A stretch of DNA of 54,531 nucleotides from a virus (taxonomy: Duplodnaviria > Caudoviricetes). The notes beneath the pieces are model-generated. The model saw nothing but the letters and a program-made list of their open reading frames with translations, did not search any database and was not told the DNA's origin. Shown here in pieces: positions 31,147 to 39,997 of the stretch. Made by a program: the position numbers and the translations under genes. The stretch is from the IMG/VR virus record IMGVR_UViG_3300037042_003862, positions 1 through 54,531 of that record, one strand, 5' to 3'. How positions within the stretch are numbered: the stretch's first letter is position 1; every line of letters starts with the position of its first letter.

Positions 31147-32346
31147 CTAGAAGTTGGTGACGACAGTAACCCGCTCAGCGGCTCGGGTCACGGCGGTATA
31201 GAGCCAACGCACGCGGTCAGCTCGGAAGCATGCGGACTCATCAAACACAATCACCGACGGCCACTGCGAGCCCTGGGCCTTGTGGGTGGTGAGCGCATAA
31301 CCAAAGTCAAACTCTTGAGCCAGCCGCTTCTCCCTGAAGTCTAACTCCCTCCCCTCAAAAAGGGCGGTGTGGGCTTCACAAGTCAGCGTTGCCTTGGACT
31401 CCTCGTTCTGGATCGTCAATGAGAGGGTGTCGTCCGACAACTTGGTGCTCTCGACGGTCATCCAGATCTCGCCGTTCAGCAGGCCGAGCTTGTGGTCATT
31501 CCTCAGGCACACGAGCTTGTCCTTGACCTCGGGGAGGTGGCTGGTTCGCCCAAGCAACTCGCGAGCCCGGGCGTTGCTGGCCGCCCTCGTCTTGTTTCGT
31601 CCAACCAGGATCTGGTCGTGGTCCATCGCAGTTGACCTGTCGAAGTCTGACTTGTCGACAACCAGCGACTCGCCAAAGCGGCCGGAGCTGAGCCCACGAC
31701 CCTCGCGGATGCGGGTTGCGATCTGAATGATGGGGCTGTCCTTCGCCTGCCGGTGGATCTCCGTCAGCATCACGTCCGGATCGGCGTTGGTGAAGTAGCC
31801 CGCCCCGCCCACCGGGGGGAGCTGGGCCGGGTCCCCAAGGACCAGGATGGGGGTCCCGAATGACATGAGGTCCTGCCCCATGTATTCGTTTACCATGGAG
31901 CACTCGTCGATCACGACGAGCTTGGCCCGCTTTACCTCGCTGTCCAGATTGAGAACGAAGCTGGGCCGCTTGAGGTCCTGCTCAATCACCTTCATCTCGG
32001 CCCGGCACTTTGCGAGGTCCGCCTCCGGAGCCTTCTTGGCGACCAGCTCGGCGAGATGCCCACGCAACTCCAGCAGCCGGACCTCGCTCTTGGGCGCGGG
32101 CTTGTAGATGAGGCGGTGAAGGGTCGTGGCGTTGTGGCAACCGTTGTTGCGCATCACACTCGCCGCCTTCCCGGTGTAGGCCGCAAACAACACCTGTCCG
32201 CCGCACGACTCCGCGAAGTGTCTTGCGAGGGTTGTCTTGCCGGTCCCAGCGTAACCAAACAGGCGATATACTGGATTGCGGCTCGGGCTGCTAAGCCAGT
32301 TGCTGACCGAGACCAGGGCAGCATCTTGAAGTGGGGACCAGTTCAT
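31147..32346 (-). CDS. Dda/RecD-like SF1B helicase
   Basis: GYAGTGKTT, AYTGKAA, TLHRLIY, IDECSMV, GDPAQLPPV, EIHRQA, THKAQGSQW, LYTAVTRA. Confidence 0.92.
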   Translation of the reverse strand: MNWSPLQDAALVSVSNWLSSPSRNPVYRLFGYAGTGKTTLARHFAESCGGQVLFAAYTGKAASVMRNNGCHNATTLHRLIYKPAPKSEVRLLELRGHLAELVAKKAPEADLAKCRAEMKVIEQDLKRPSFVLNLDSEVKRAKLVVIDECSMVNEYMGQDLMSFGTPILVLGDPAQLPPVGGAGYFTNADPDVMLTEIHRQAKDSPIIQIATRIREGRGLSSGRFGESLVVDKSDFDRSTAMDHDQILVGRNKTRAASNARARELLGRTSHLPEVKDKLVCLRNDHKLGLLNGEIWMTVESTKLSDDTLSLTIQNEESKATLTCEAHTALFEGRELDFREKRLAQEFDFGYALTTHKAQGSQWPSVIVFDESACFRADRVRWLYTAVTRAAERVTVVTNF

Positions 32347-32391
32347 GTTTCTTTCCGGGTCAGGGAGCGGCCGGAGCCGCCCCCGCGTTGA

Positions 32392-33270
32392 TCAGAATGG
32401 CGACTCACCATCGCCGCCGGTTCCGCCGTCGGGACCGCTGCTGCTGACCGACTCGTCGGCCATCTTGCGAGCACCGGACGCCACCTGCTGGTTGAGCAGC
32501 ATGCCGAACTGAAGCAGCGGGTGTGGCTGCTTGTCTACGGTCTGGGGAGGGATCAGCGACTCTCCAACCTTGCCATTCACCGCCGGGGCGATAGCGAAGT
32601 TGAAGAAGCTGCCCTTGTTGTTCTTCTGCGACACGGTCGTGATTCGCAGGATGTTGGCGAACAGCGGCGGACGCTCCTTGTAGGTGCGAAGCTGCTGCAT
32701 GATCGCCCTGTAGACCTTGATCTTGGTCGAGGTGAAGCTGACCACGATCACGTTGCCCGGCTCCGTGGCCGTCACGCAGTCGAGCATGTAGCCGAACATG
32801 TAGAAGGTCTCGCTGAGTTCGTTGCCCTCGTCGGTCTTGAGGTTCCCGAACTCTCCCGAGGCCTTGACTGCGCGGACCATCTCGCTGTCCTTCTCGTGGC
32901 GAGCGACGATCCCGCCGCCGGCACTGCGCGGCCGCCACTCCACGTAGACATGGTTGGTGGCGACGGGGACGAACAGCACGCCCTCCTTCCCACTGAACAG
33001 TTCCTTGGTCACGCTGTTGATCAGCATGCCCGGACGAGCCCCCTCCAGGGCCCCACCTTCGCCCTCACCACTGACCTCGGGCGACATCGCCTGGAGAACC
33101 CCCAGGAACGGCATCGTGAAGTCATCTTGGTCCGTCCCCTCGTAGCCAGCACCGGCCATGTTGCCGTAGTTGTAGGCTGGGGCGACCTCCTGCTTGACCG
33201 GAGCGGTAGGCAGGTTCTTCTTCTTTTCCTCGACCGGAGCCGGGGTGTTTGTCTTCTTGGCAGTTGCCAT
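32392..33270 (-). CDS. Putative ssDNA-binding/annealing protein
   Basis: PFL..LQA.SPE, YVEW.PR..GGG.V, SSB-like Gly/acidic tail ending ESPF; replication cluster context. Confidence 0.65.
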   Translation of the reverse strand: MATAKKTNTPAPVEEKKKNLPTAPVKQEVAPAYNYGNMAGAGYEGTDQDDFTMPFLGVLQAMSPEVSGEGEGGALEGARPGMLINSVTKELFSGKEGVLFVPVATNHVYVEWRPRSAGGGIVARHEKDSEMVRAVKASGEFGNLKTDEGNELSETFYMFGYMLDCVTATEPGNVIVVSFTSTKIKVYRAIMQQLRTYKERPPLFANILRITTVSQKNNKGSFFNFAIAPAVNGKVGESLIPPQTVDKQPHPLLQFGMLLNQQVASGARKMADESVSSSGPDGGTGGDGESPF

Positions 33271-33359
33271 GAGTCATCCTTTCTGAGTTCGCGGTCCCCA
33301 CTTTAGCGTCCGGGAGCGCATAGGACGTTCGGGGTGGAAGGCCCCCGAGGGCCTGTAGG

Positions 33360-33899
33360 TCACTTCGTGGTGATCTTTGCGATCCTCTGCTCCCAAGCTC
33401 CGAACAGCGGGAGCGGGATAGCCTCGCCGCCGGACAGCTGCTCAGCGATGAACGCCCGGAGGGTGCTGGGCTCAACCTTTCGATCGGTAGCCACGTTCTC
33501 AAACTTCTTGCCGAGTTCGGTGACGAGCTTCGCAGCCTTCACCTCCTCCTCTCGACTGAAGCTCACGAGGACGGTGCGCTTGACGAGACCTCCGTGGCCG
33601 TGCTCGTCGAGCCAGTCCATGGCCGCATCCTTCTGAGCTGCGGGGATGCTGGCTCGGATCGTCTTGGCGATCTTGATGCGGAACCCTTCAGTGGTCCGAT
33701 ATTCGGCGAGGCCGAGCTGGTCCATGAGTTCCGGGATCTGGCGCTCAGCGAGGTCCGTGACGACCTCGTTGGCCTTGGCGAGAGACTCCTTTGCCTTCTC
33801 CGCCTCTACCTCCGCCGCGTTGAGTTCCGCAGCAAGTCGGTTGAGTTGGGCGAGGGCATCGGAGGTTGGTGCTGTCTTGAATTGGTCGTAGCCTGACAT
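33360..33899 (-). CDS. Conserved replication-cluster hypothetical protein
   Basis: Coiled coil, IPELM, A..WL.E.GHG.LVK, V.PSTLRAF. Confidence 0.75.
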   Translation of the reverse strand: MSGYDQFKTAPTSDALAQLNRLAAELNAAEVEAEKAKESLAKANEVVTDLAERQIPELMDQLGLAEYRTTEGFRIKIAKTIRASIPAAQKDAAMDWLDEHGHGGLVKRTVLVSFSREEEVKAAKLVTELGKKFENVATDRKVEPSTLRAFIAEQLSGGEAIPLPLFGAWEQRIAKITTK

Positions 33900-33926
33900 G
33901 TCTGCTCCCAGTTAAACGGACAGTCC

Positions 33927-34292
33927 CTATACCCCAAGATGGGCGATCGGCAAGCGAGATTTTGCAGGCGTGTAACGTTGATCTCTGCTGGACCATACCA
34001 GAACAGCAACCTTGCCTTCATTGTTGGCAGCAGCAAGTGCCATGGCCCAACCAATCAGGACCGGATTGCCGATGGGCAGCAAATAGTCATCATCAGTGAA
34101 CCCCTGTAGCACCAGGTCCATCTTGGCGATCACTGCCTCAGGACGCTGGACCGTAGCCCGGGAGTCAAGGATGAACCGGAGCTTGCCCCAACGCTCAGCG
34201 GGCTGTAGGTTGTATCGAGGCACTAGCTCCCCGAGGTCCGGGTCATAGCGCAAGTGGTGCTGGACGACATAGACGTTGCCGCTGTTAGCCAT
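33927..34292 (-). CDS. Hypothetical protein
   Basis: Start MANSG via TGATG; VYVVQ...A...G.L...F..DDYLL.IG.P. Confidence 0.7.
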   Translation of the reverse strand: MANSGNVYVVQHHLRYDPDLGELVPRYNLQPAERWGKLRFILDSRATVQRPEAVIAKMDLVLQGFTDDDYLLPIGNPVLIGWAMALAAANNEGKVAVLVWSSRDQRYTPAKSRLPIAHLGV

Positions 34293-35743
34293 CAGATCCA
34301 TTCCTTGAGACGGTCGCCGGTGATTGAGGAAGCGATGTCGAGTTTGTTGCGGAGGGCTTCAACAATCCCCTCGTCGACAGTGTCGGCAGCGACCAGGTCA
34401 ATGTAGGTGACGCTGACCTTCTGCCCGATGCGGTGGGCCCGATCCTCCGACTGGAGGCGGTCCGTCAACTTGAAGGAGTTGTTGAAGTAGATGACGGTTC
34501 TGGCGGCATGAAGAGTCAACCCCTCGGAGGCCGCGGCCGGATTCGCTAGGAACACCTGGGCCGTTCCGTTTTGAAACCGCTCTACAGCCTCTTGGCGGTT
34601 CTGGGCGGAGGTGGAGCCGTCATACCGCACGACCTCCAAACCGTCCTCGGCTAGGGCCTTCTGGATGAGGTCGATGTCGGCCTTGAACTTGGCCCAGACA
34701 ATCATCTTCCCCTGGGTGTCTTCCACGACCTCGCGGAGGAGGGCCAGGCGGGGGTTATCCGCCAAGGGGATCGTCACGCCCTCGTCTGTCGTCAGGAAGC
34801 CGCTGACGATCTGCTGAAAGCGGAGCAGCTGAACGATGGCAAGCATCGCAGTAACTTCTCCTGAGGCATGGCGGATCTCATAGCTGTCTGACATCTCCGC
34901 ATACATGCGCTTTTGCTCCGCCGTCATGTCGAAGTATCGAGTGACGTAGACCTTTGGGGGAAGGTCCAGCACATCTTCCTTCAGCACTCGACAGGTGATG
35001 GTGGCGACGATCTCCGCGAGCTTCTCCAGGTTCCGGTAGCGCACCAAGTCCCTGAACGGCCTCCCCGAACGCGGGTCAACCCGATCCTGCCACACGCCAA
35101 AGAAGGACTTGAAGGCCAAATACGTGGAGCAGCCGATTGAGTGCCAGATATCCGGCTTCAGAAAGGCCAGCTGCGCATACACGTCAAACGGAGAGTTGGA
35201 CACGGGGGTCCCGGTGAGGATGCGACGGTAGATGGCAGCCTTGCCCCGAGCGAGCACCCGCATCGTCCACTTGGCTCGCGGGTTCTTGATTCGTGCGCTC
35301 TCATCGAGCACCATCGCGCAGCGTCGAGTCGTCAAGAACTTGTGCAGATACTTGTCGCCCGCCTCCGTCATGATGCCGTGGTAGGACATCGCCAGGACGC
35401 TGAGCCCAGGGGCCTTGAGGACGGACTCCGCCTCAGCCTTGGCGGACTTGTTTGCCGCCTTGCCTGACTGCCAGTAGAGCGTGCGCACCTTCTTCTCCAC
35501 CACCTTCGGGAGGTGCGTGGGCAGCTCGTTCAGCACCCAGTTGCGATGGACTCCGTTGGGCGCCAGTACAACAAGGCCGTCGATCTTCCCCGCCAAGAAC
35601 AAATGCGACACGGTATCAATCGTGAGTTTGCTCTTCCCCGTTCCCTGCTCCCACAGCACGCCCCATGCCGCCGTGTCCTTGGTTTTGTCCCACCACTCTC
35701 GTTGATGGCTGTAGGGGGGAGTCCGCCAGGGGTAGTCTGTCAT
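34292..35743 (-). CDS. SNF2-family helicase
   Basis: EQGTGKS, LDES.RIKNP, LTGTP, GLTL.AA, QSEDRAHRIGQ. Confidence 0.92.
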   Translation of the reverse strand: MTDYPWRTPPYSHQREWWDKTKDTAAWGVLWEQGTGKSKLTIDTVSHLFLAGKIDGLVVLAPNGVHRNWVLNELPTHLPKVVEKKVRTLYWQSGKAANKSAKAEAESVLKAPGLSVLAMSYHGIMTEAGDKYLHKFLTTRRCAMVLDESARIKNPRAKWTMRVLARGKAAIYRRILTGTPVSNSPFDVYAQLAFLKPDIWHSIGCSTYLAFKSFFGVWQDRVDPRSGRPFRDLVRYRNLEKLAEIVATITCRVLKEDVLDLPPKVYVTRYFDMTAEQKRMYAEMSDSYEIRHASGEVTAMLAIVQLLRFQQIVSGFLTTDEGVTIPLADNPRLALLREVVEDTQGKMIVWAKFKADIDLIQKALAEDGLEVVRYDGSTSAQNRQEAVERFQNGTAQVFLANPAAASEGLTLHAARTVIYFNNSFKLTDRLQSEDRAHRIGQKVSVTYIDLVAADTVDEGIVEALRNKLDIASSITGDRLKEWI

Positions 35744-35763
35744 TGTGGTTCTGTGGTTCTGTT

Positions 35764-35802
35764 AAAAGACGGGCCCGACCCACTCAGTGGGGCGGGCCCG
35801 TC
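35764..35802 (-). terminator. Intrinsic terminator after the structural/lysis operon
   Basis: GC-rich stem GACGGGCCCG/CGGGCCCGTC followed by TTTT on the minus strand. Confidence 0.7.
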
Positions 35803-35835
35803 AACGGTCCTTTGGGAGCAGCAGACCTGAGCCCG

Positions 35836-35964
35836 CTACCGTAGCGACGAGAGCCATTGGGGTCGAGTGGCGAAAAACAAGATGAGCACGAGGCCCACGA
35901 TCAGCGCGAACAGAACGCTGAACAATATTGCCTCTACAACAACTTGAAGCCAACGACGGCTCAT
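35836..35964 (-). CDS. 42-aa single-TM protein (possible lysis component)
   Basis: MSRRWLQVVVEAILFSVLFALIVGLVLILFFATRPQWLSSLR; ATGA overlap. Confidence 0.55.
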   Translation of the reverse strand: MSRRWLQVVVEAILFSVLFALIVGLVLILFFATRPQWLSSLR

Positions 35965-36281
35965 CCCGTTTTGGACATTCTGCCGTTAATGTCATCAAGC
36001 TGCTCTTCCATCTTCTGCGTCCGCCTGTCGATGATGTCCAGGGTCTTTTGACCGTCGTTCGCGAGTCGGTGAAGGGACTCCCGCATGTCCGGCACCGCCT
36101 CAATGATCACATCCTGAGACTTGATCGACGCCTGGAACCAAGCGACCACGTGAGGGAGTAGTTTCCAGATGATGGCGCAGATGAACAGAACCAGGAAGAT
36201 GGGGACCCCTAGCCGCTCCACCAAAGACAGCCCCGACGCCTCTATTGGGGGAGGGTCCTGACTAGTCAGATAGGACGCCAT
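35961..36281 (-). CDS. Holin-like membrane protein
   Basis: One TM helix (LGVPIFLVLFICAIIW) plus coiled-coil tail, at the end of the tail operon; start uncertain. Confidence 0.55.
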   Translation of the reverse strand: MASYLTSQDPPPIEASGLSLVERLGVPIFLVLFICAIIWKLLPHVVAWFQASIKSQDVIIEAVPDMRESLHRLANDGQKTLDIIDRRTQKMEEQLDDINGRMSKTG

Positions 36282-39174
36282 AGGCAACGATGTTTGTAGA
36301 GGGGTTTTCAAGTTGGACCAGCTGAGGTGAAGGTGTTTCGTTGGTAGTGTGTCGGACCTCTACGGTATCGCCGCTGGTGACTGCGAACGTCGCTGAAGTA
36401 GCCCCCGCCGCAACAATCGTCACCCAGGCCCCGACGTTGAGCCGAGCTTGGACATTGGAGGTAGAGTAAGCCGCCCCTAGGCGCAGGGTGAATGTGCCCG
36501 TAGCCACCGCGGTGTATGCGTTACTGACGTCATTGGCTCGGAGGTCTCCTCCGAAGTAGAACCTAGCATCATAGCTGCTAGTTGGGACAACATCATGGAT
36601 CAGGTATTGGCGACCCACCAGGTTGGTCTCGGCCTGAATGTCGTGCCGCACCTCGATCTGAACTCTGATCTCTGTGCCCGCGGCCGCTTCGTTCCACAGC
36701 AGTAGTCGGTTGATGAACTCCGGTCCCGTCCCGGTCGCCCAGGACCCGGTATGGACCTCGGTGTTCGCCCCGTCCGGAGCGACGAACACACGCACGCGAT
36801 ACTCTGTGCTGGCGTCCACCGCGGTGTTGTCGGCCAGCAGCTCAGAGACCTCGTTGGTGGTTTCAAAGTCGCGACGGCGCCAACTGACGTTAAAGCCCAG
36901 GCCGTTCAGGCCGGAGCCGTCCGCGTCCGCGTTGATAGCTCCGAAGGCTGTGGAGCTTCCATTATACAGGGAGGCATTGGGAGGGTAAGGCCGCAACGCT
37001 CTCTTGTCCATCAACAAGGCAATCTCCGTGACTGCCCCGGGGAACGTAGCCTGGGTGCTCTGGGCACGGAGTTCGATGCCGACGTTGTTGGTTGTGGGGA
37101 ACGTCGTGTCTGTGAGCCCACCCCCGGCAAACAGTATGTAGACCGGGGCGTTGATCGCATGGTTCGCCTGGGCGCTGTCGAGGGCCCCCCGATAGACGTT
37201 CTGGAGGTTCACGTTGGCGCCGCTGTTCGCCGCCGAGGTTACCAACATGAACTCAGACCCTACAAGGATCAGTTGGACCAGGTCCGTCCCCATGTCCTGA
37301 ATCGTTGTGGTGTCCTCAAACAAGGCCTCCAGACGTGTCTGGGAGTCCGGATCCGGGCTGATGGTGATGGTCGAAGTTGGGATGGCCGTTCCTGCCGAGA
37401 TGGCGCTGGTCAACTTCCCGACCAGCATGAACTGCATCACGTCTCCGGCATCCGAGGGAGCCCCGGAGAGGGCCCCAGAGGAGTTTCTCTGTCCGATGTT
37501 GAAGGCCAGCTCACTACCTTGTCGCCTTGCTGCGGCGAACACCTTGGCCACATACGGGTCCCCCGTGTAGTCCGGGTCCCGGACGATCAACGCCCGAGGA
37601 GCCTCAAAGGCGAGCTGTGCCGCGCTGGGATACGCCACCAAAGCCACCGTAGGCTCATTCCACTGAGTTGCGGAAGGAGCGCCGCCGCTCGCAGCGGCGA
37701 ACCTGAACACGTCCTGAACGCACTGAAGGATCAGCTGGTTGTCGTCTGGCTTCCCGTAGTCGGCCCTCAGCACACGCATGGGTAGTCTGACGAACCCGTA
37801 GCGGGTGTTGCTCCAGGCGACAACATCCCCGACTCTGGTGCTCCAGCTCTGGCGGTTGAGGACGAACTGAGCCCTGGCAAGAGGATAGCTCTGGGTTCTG
37901 ATGTCGCGCCAGGCGATGTAGTTGGCGAGGTCAGACCTCTTGACGCCGGGATACTTCGCCACCGCGGAGACTGCCTGGGGGCTAGTCAGCGAGCCGCCGG
38001 ACATGATCACCGCATTTGCGGTGTCCTGGGCCAAGGCATAGCTCTCCTTGTATTCATCGTCACGCTTAGTGAACTGAACCTGAATCTGGTTGGTGGTATC
38101 CTCCCAAGCCCCCTTGGTGTAGTCCCGAATCTCCTTGATGTTGGACTCATCGATCAGCAAGGCGGTGTTGATGTCGTAGTCGTCACGAACAAGCTTGATC
38201 CGCCACTTACCAGTTCGGTGGTCCAGGAACACCAGGGCCTCCATCTGACGCTGAAGCTCCTCCAGCATCTGATTGGCGTCGATCGTGTTGTCCAGCAGCA
38301 TGGAGAAGCCATTCTGCTCGGTGATCATCTGGTCCGCCGCATCCAGAAAGGAGGACCCAGGACCAACGTCAACCTCCGAGGCCGCGAACCCAAACCCCCA
38401 CTCAGTGTTGGTCAGCAACTCGTAAACAACATTGACCGGGTTCGCATCATCAGACCCCACCTTGTTCTCGCCGGCACTCTGGCCGCTAAACAGGTTAGGG
38501 TATCTCTCCAGCTCAAACGCCCAGGGGGCGATCGTCGTGCCGTTGCCGAAGTATGCGCCCCGGTCTCCCGCTGCCGGCCCTGCGTTGGTCAGCTCTCGGG
38601 TCACGACGTAGCAGGTTCCGGAGTATCGCGGCGCGGTGGGCGTGGCCGCCGTGCCAATCCTCTGCCGTGCCGTTGTGTCTAGGTAGGGGCTGACCGTCTG
38701 TGAGGTAGACCCGACGTAGAAGTCAACGCTGGTTTGGATACCTCCGTTGCCGTAGTCGTCACCTCCAAAGAGGTCGGGAACATCGAGATGTAGAGAGCCC
38801 TCGACCGACTGCGTGCCGGACCACACCGCATCTTCGCCCACCCAGATCCGGCGGAGGATGACCCCGGGACCGCGACACAGGGCCATCTGGACACCGATGT
38901 AGTAGCGGAACCCCTTGATGATACGGGTGCTGGACCAGAGGCCCGTCTTGACCTTCTCGCGGATGGCGTCAACTTGGAGGTCGCCATACCAGACTACGTT
39001 CGGCCCAGCTGCCTTGACCCGGCCCCAGATCAGTGGGACGGGCCTACCTTCGGTGGCGGTAGGGAAGTTGAAGTCACCGAGGCCTGCCGGCCTCGCATTC
39101 TCAAACTTGGGCTTGGGCCGCAGAAGCTCCGTGAGGACTACCGAGACCACCAGGAAGATCAGGGTCTCAATCAT
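36262..39174 (-). CDS. Tail tip / central tail protein
   Basis: F.FPTA.EGRPVP.IWG......NVVWYGD, DANP...YE.LTN..WG.G, phage tail domain. Confidence 0.85.
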   Translation of the reverse strand: MIETLIFLVVSVVLTELLRPKPKFENARPAGLGDFNFPTATEGRPVPLIWGRVKAAGPNVVWYGDLQVDAIREKVKTGLWSSTRIIKGFRYYIGVQMALCRGPGVILRRIWVGEDAVWSGTQSVEGSLHLDVPDLFGGDDYGNGGIQTSVDFYVGSTSQTVSPYLDTTARQRIGTAATPTAPRYSGTCYVVTRELTNAGPAAGDRGAYFGNGTTIAPWAFELERYPNLFSGQSAGENKVGSDDANPVNVVYELLTNTEWGFGFAASEVDVGPGSSFLDAADQMITEQNGFSMLLDNTIDANQMLEELQRQMEALVFLDHRTGKWRIKLVRDDYDINTALLIDESNIKEIRDYTKGAWEDTTNQIQVQFTKRDDEYKESYALAQDTANAVIMSGGSLTSPQAVSAVAKYPGVKRSDLANYIAWRDIRTQSYPLARAQFVLNRQSWSTRVGDVVAWSNTRYGFVRLPMRVLRADYGKPDDNQLILQCVQDVFRFAAASGGAPSATQWNEPTVALVAYPSAAQLAFEAPRALIVRDPDYTGDPYVAKVFAAARRQGSELAFNIGQRNSSGALSGAPSDAGDVMQFMLVGKLTSAISAGTAIPTSTITISPDPDSQTRLEALFEDTTTIQDMGTDLVQLILVGSEFMLVTSAANSGANVNLQNVYRGALDSAQANHAINAPVYILFAGGGLTDTTFPTTNNVGIELRAQSTQATFPGAVTEIALLMDKRALRPYPPNASLYNGSSTAFGAINADADGSGLNGLGFNVSWRRRDFETTNEVSELLADNTAVDASTEYRVRVFVAPDGANTEVHTGSWATGTGPEFINRLLLWNEAAAGTEIRVQIEVRHDIQAETNLVGRQYLIHDVVPTSSYDARFYFGGDLRANDVSNAYTAVATGTFTLRLGAAYSTSNVQARLNVGAWVTIVAAGATSATFAVTSGDTVEVRHTTNETPSPQLVQLENPSTNIVAYGVLSD

Positions 39175-39995
39175 CGGTCCAATCCCGTCTGGAACACGTT
39201 GCGGTTGGGCACAAAGGCAAAGCCGCCGAAGTTGGCCACGTTGTCAAACACCAGGGCGCAGTCTCCGTCCACGGCGTGGTTGCATCCGGCGAACACCTGA
39301 ACGTTGCCGCCGAGGACCGTGCCGCTGAAAGGGAGGAGGAGGGTCAGGTCATCCCCCGACTGAGCGATGACCATTCGGTAGTCCATCGCAGAGGAGGGGC
39401 GGCAATACCCGCCTGTGAAGTCCAAGCCCGAGGCTCCGGCTCCAGCGACGGTGATCACGCTTCCTGTCACAGCCGTCACTTCCCCCGTGTGGGAGAACGG
39501 GGTGGGGTCGACACCGCAGCTGGAGTCATACACGAAGTGGTTGCACAGCCCCATGAAGGTGAACCTCGGGACCGATCGGTTGAGAGCCGATTCGATCGAC
39601 CGGGCCGCGATCTGGGCGGTGTAGCCGTCCTCGGGGAACTGAACTGACTGGATGATGCCCTTGAACAGAAGCACCGGGGTGTTAAACGCTGGGGACTCGT
39701 CGCGCTGGTATCGGTAGATGGACAACGTGGCCCTCTGCCCAGGGACAACGTCTGTGTACAGCGCCGCAACTGCGTTGTCTGAAGGGACCGTCACGACCAA
39801 GTTGCGGTTCCTCGCGTCGGCTCCCTGCTCAACCCTGTTGCGGGAGATGGACTCAGGGAGGAAGGTGAGGCCGTCAACAACCAACTCATCGGCCGTGCTC
39901 GTGTAATAGTAGCTGTCTGTCCCAATCGTGAACTGATACAACTCGATGGGGCGCGAACTCTCCCTGCTGATCTCGTAGTCGTTGAAGCTAGTCAT
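39171..39995 (-). CDS. DUF2163/BR0599-type tail hub protein
   Basis: RPIELY.F, C.H..YD..CGVD, AGC.H....C...F.N..NFGGF.FVP. Confidence 0.88.
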   Translation of the reverse strand: MTSFNDYEISRESSRPIELYQFTIGTDSYYYTSTADELVVDGLTFLPESISRNRVEQGADARNRNLVVTVPSDNAVAALYTDVVPGQRATLSIYRYQRDESPAFNTPVLLFKGIIQSVQFPEDGYTAQIAARSIESALNRSVPRFTFMGLCNHFVYDSSCGVDPTPFSHTGEVTAVTGSVITVAGAGASGLDFTGGYCRPSSAMDYRMVIAQSGDDLTLLLPFSGTVLGGNVQVFAGCNHAVDGDCALVFDNVANFGGFAFVPNRNVFQTGLDR

Positions 39996-39997
39996 GG

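Noticed and set aside
33280-33355. GCTAAAGT on the minus strand before the SSB-like gene as a 20th sigma-28 promoter, with nearby hairpins
   Set aside because: No GCCGATAA at the required spacing; hairpins lack U tracts and could arise by chance at this GC content
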